Assembly (NCBI RefSeq): GCF_006345805.1
Contig: NC_043000.1
Location: forward strand, 12,710,001-12,774,000
Reading direction: 5' to 3'
Length of the DNA stretch: 64,000 nucleotides
Origin: Octopus sinensis
Lineage: Eukaryota
Below the pieces are notes generated by a model. It worked only from the letters and a program-made list of their open reading frames with translations, was not told where the DNA came from and made no database searches. Below are positions 63,346 to 64,000 of the stretch, in pieces (the first letter of the stretch is position 1; every line of letters begins with the position of its first letter). The position numbers were made by a program, and so were the translations under genes.

Positions 63346-64000
63346 GTATGTATATATGTATGTGTGTATGGTTTTGAGTCTGCCCTCCACAATGCTTGAC
63401 AACTGGTGTTTATTTGTTAACATTCCTGCAACCTAGCAGTTCAACAAAAGAGTCCAATAGGAAAAAAAAGTAATAAAGAAAGAAGTACTTGGGTTGATTT
63501 GTGTGACTAAAACCCTTTGGGGCTGTGCCCAGCAAGGCTTCAGTCAAGTGTTTGAAACTAGCACAACACAAGATAAAGATATCAGATAAGACAATAATTA
63601 ATCCATTTACAAGTAAAAACTAAGCAGAAATATTATAAATAATTCTTGAAATGAAATCAGGCTAATTATATGGAACTTTTACAGAAATGCTGTGTTTGTT
63701 TTTTTTCTTTGTTATCTTTGAGTAATTTTGAATTCCATCCTAAAACTGTTATATTTTTCTCTCATTTTACACGATACAAAGGCATTGATAACATCAAAAT
63801 TTTCAATGCTTTATGAGTGAGGGTAAAATGAAGCCAACAGTCTTTTGGTTTATTGAGATTTTTAAATATGATAAAATCAATTTCAACTTGCTGAAAGATC
63901 ACTCACAGCTAGAAATTAAAATAGCAATAGTGATTATTATCTGGAAAACTAATCTCAAATTTGGAAAAAGAAAAAAAAAAAGAAGTTATCTTCATACTGA

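Overview
AT-rich, repeat-saturated animal genomic DNA, most likely an octopus (coleoid cephalopod), inferred from the tRNA-derived SINE families, microsatellite load and LINE/PLE mix. The only host coding sequence I can support is the first coding exon of an ASAP ArfGAP gene on the minus strand (34118-34243, 42 codons, canonical GT donor). No second exon was recognised, so about 34 kb on the left is probably its first intron. The rest is modular tRNA-derived SINEs, decayed CR1, RTE, L1/Tx1, Dong-like and Penelope-like (PLE) retroelements, non-autonomous Helitrons, Merlin/hAT/piggyBac-type MITEs and long simple repeats. Almost all ORF-track entries are microsatellite or SINE artefacts. The most interesting signal is a set of about 10 type I hammerhead-ribozyme (HHR)-like motifs from several unrelated repeat families. 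These include a four-copy ~190-bp (TA)n-associated element whose hammerhead fold has a non-canonical core (CUG-YY-GA-A) with stem I covariation. Other notable structures are a templated inverted insertion, a tail-to-tail Helitron foldback, SINE multimers joined at a fixed nucleotide, and an apparent CpG-depletion boundary near 49 kb. All structure and homology calls were made by eye.
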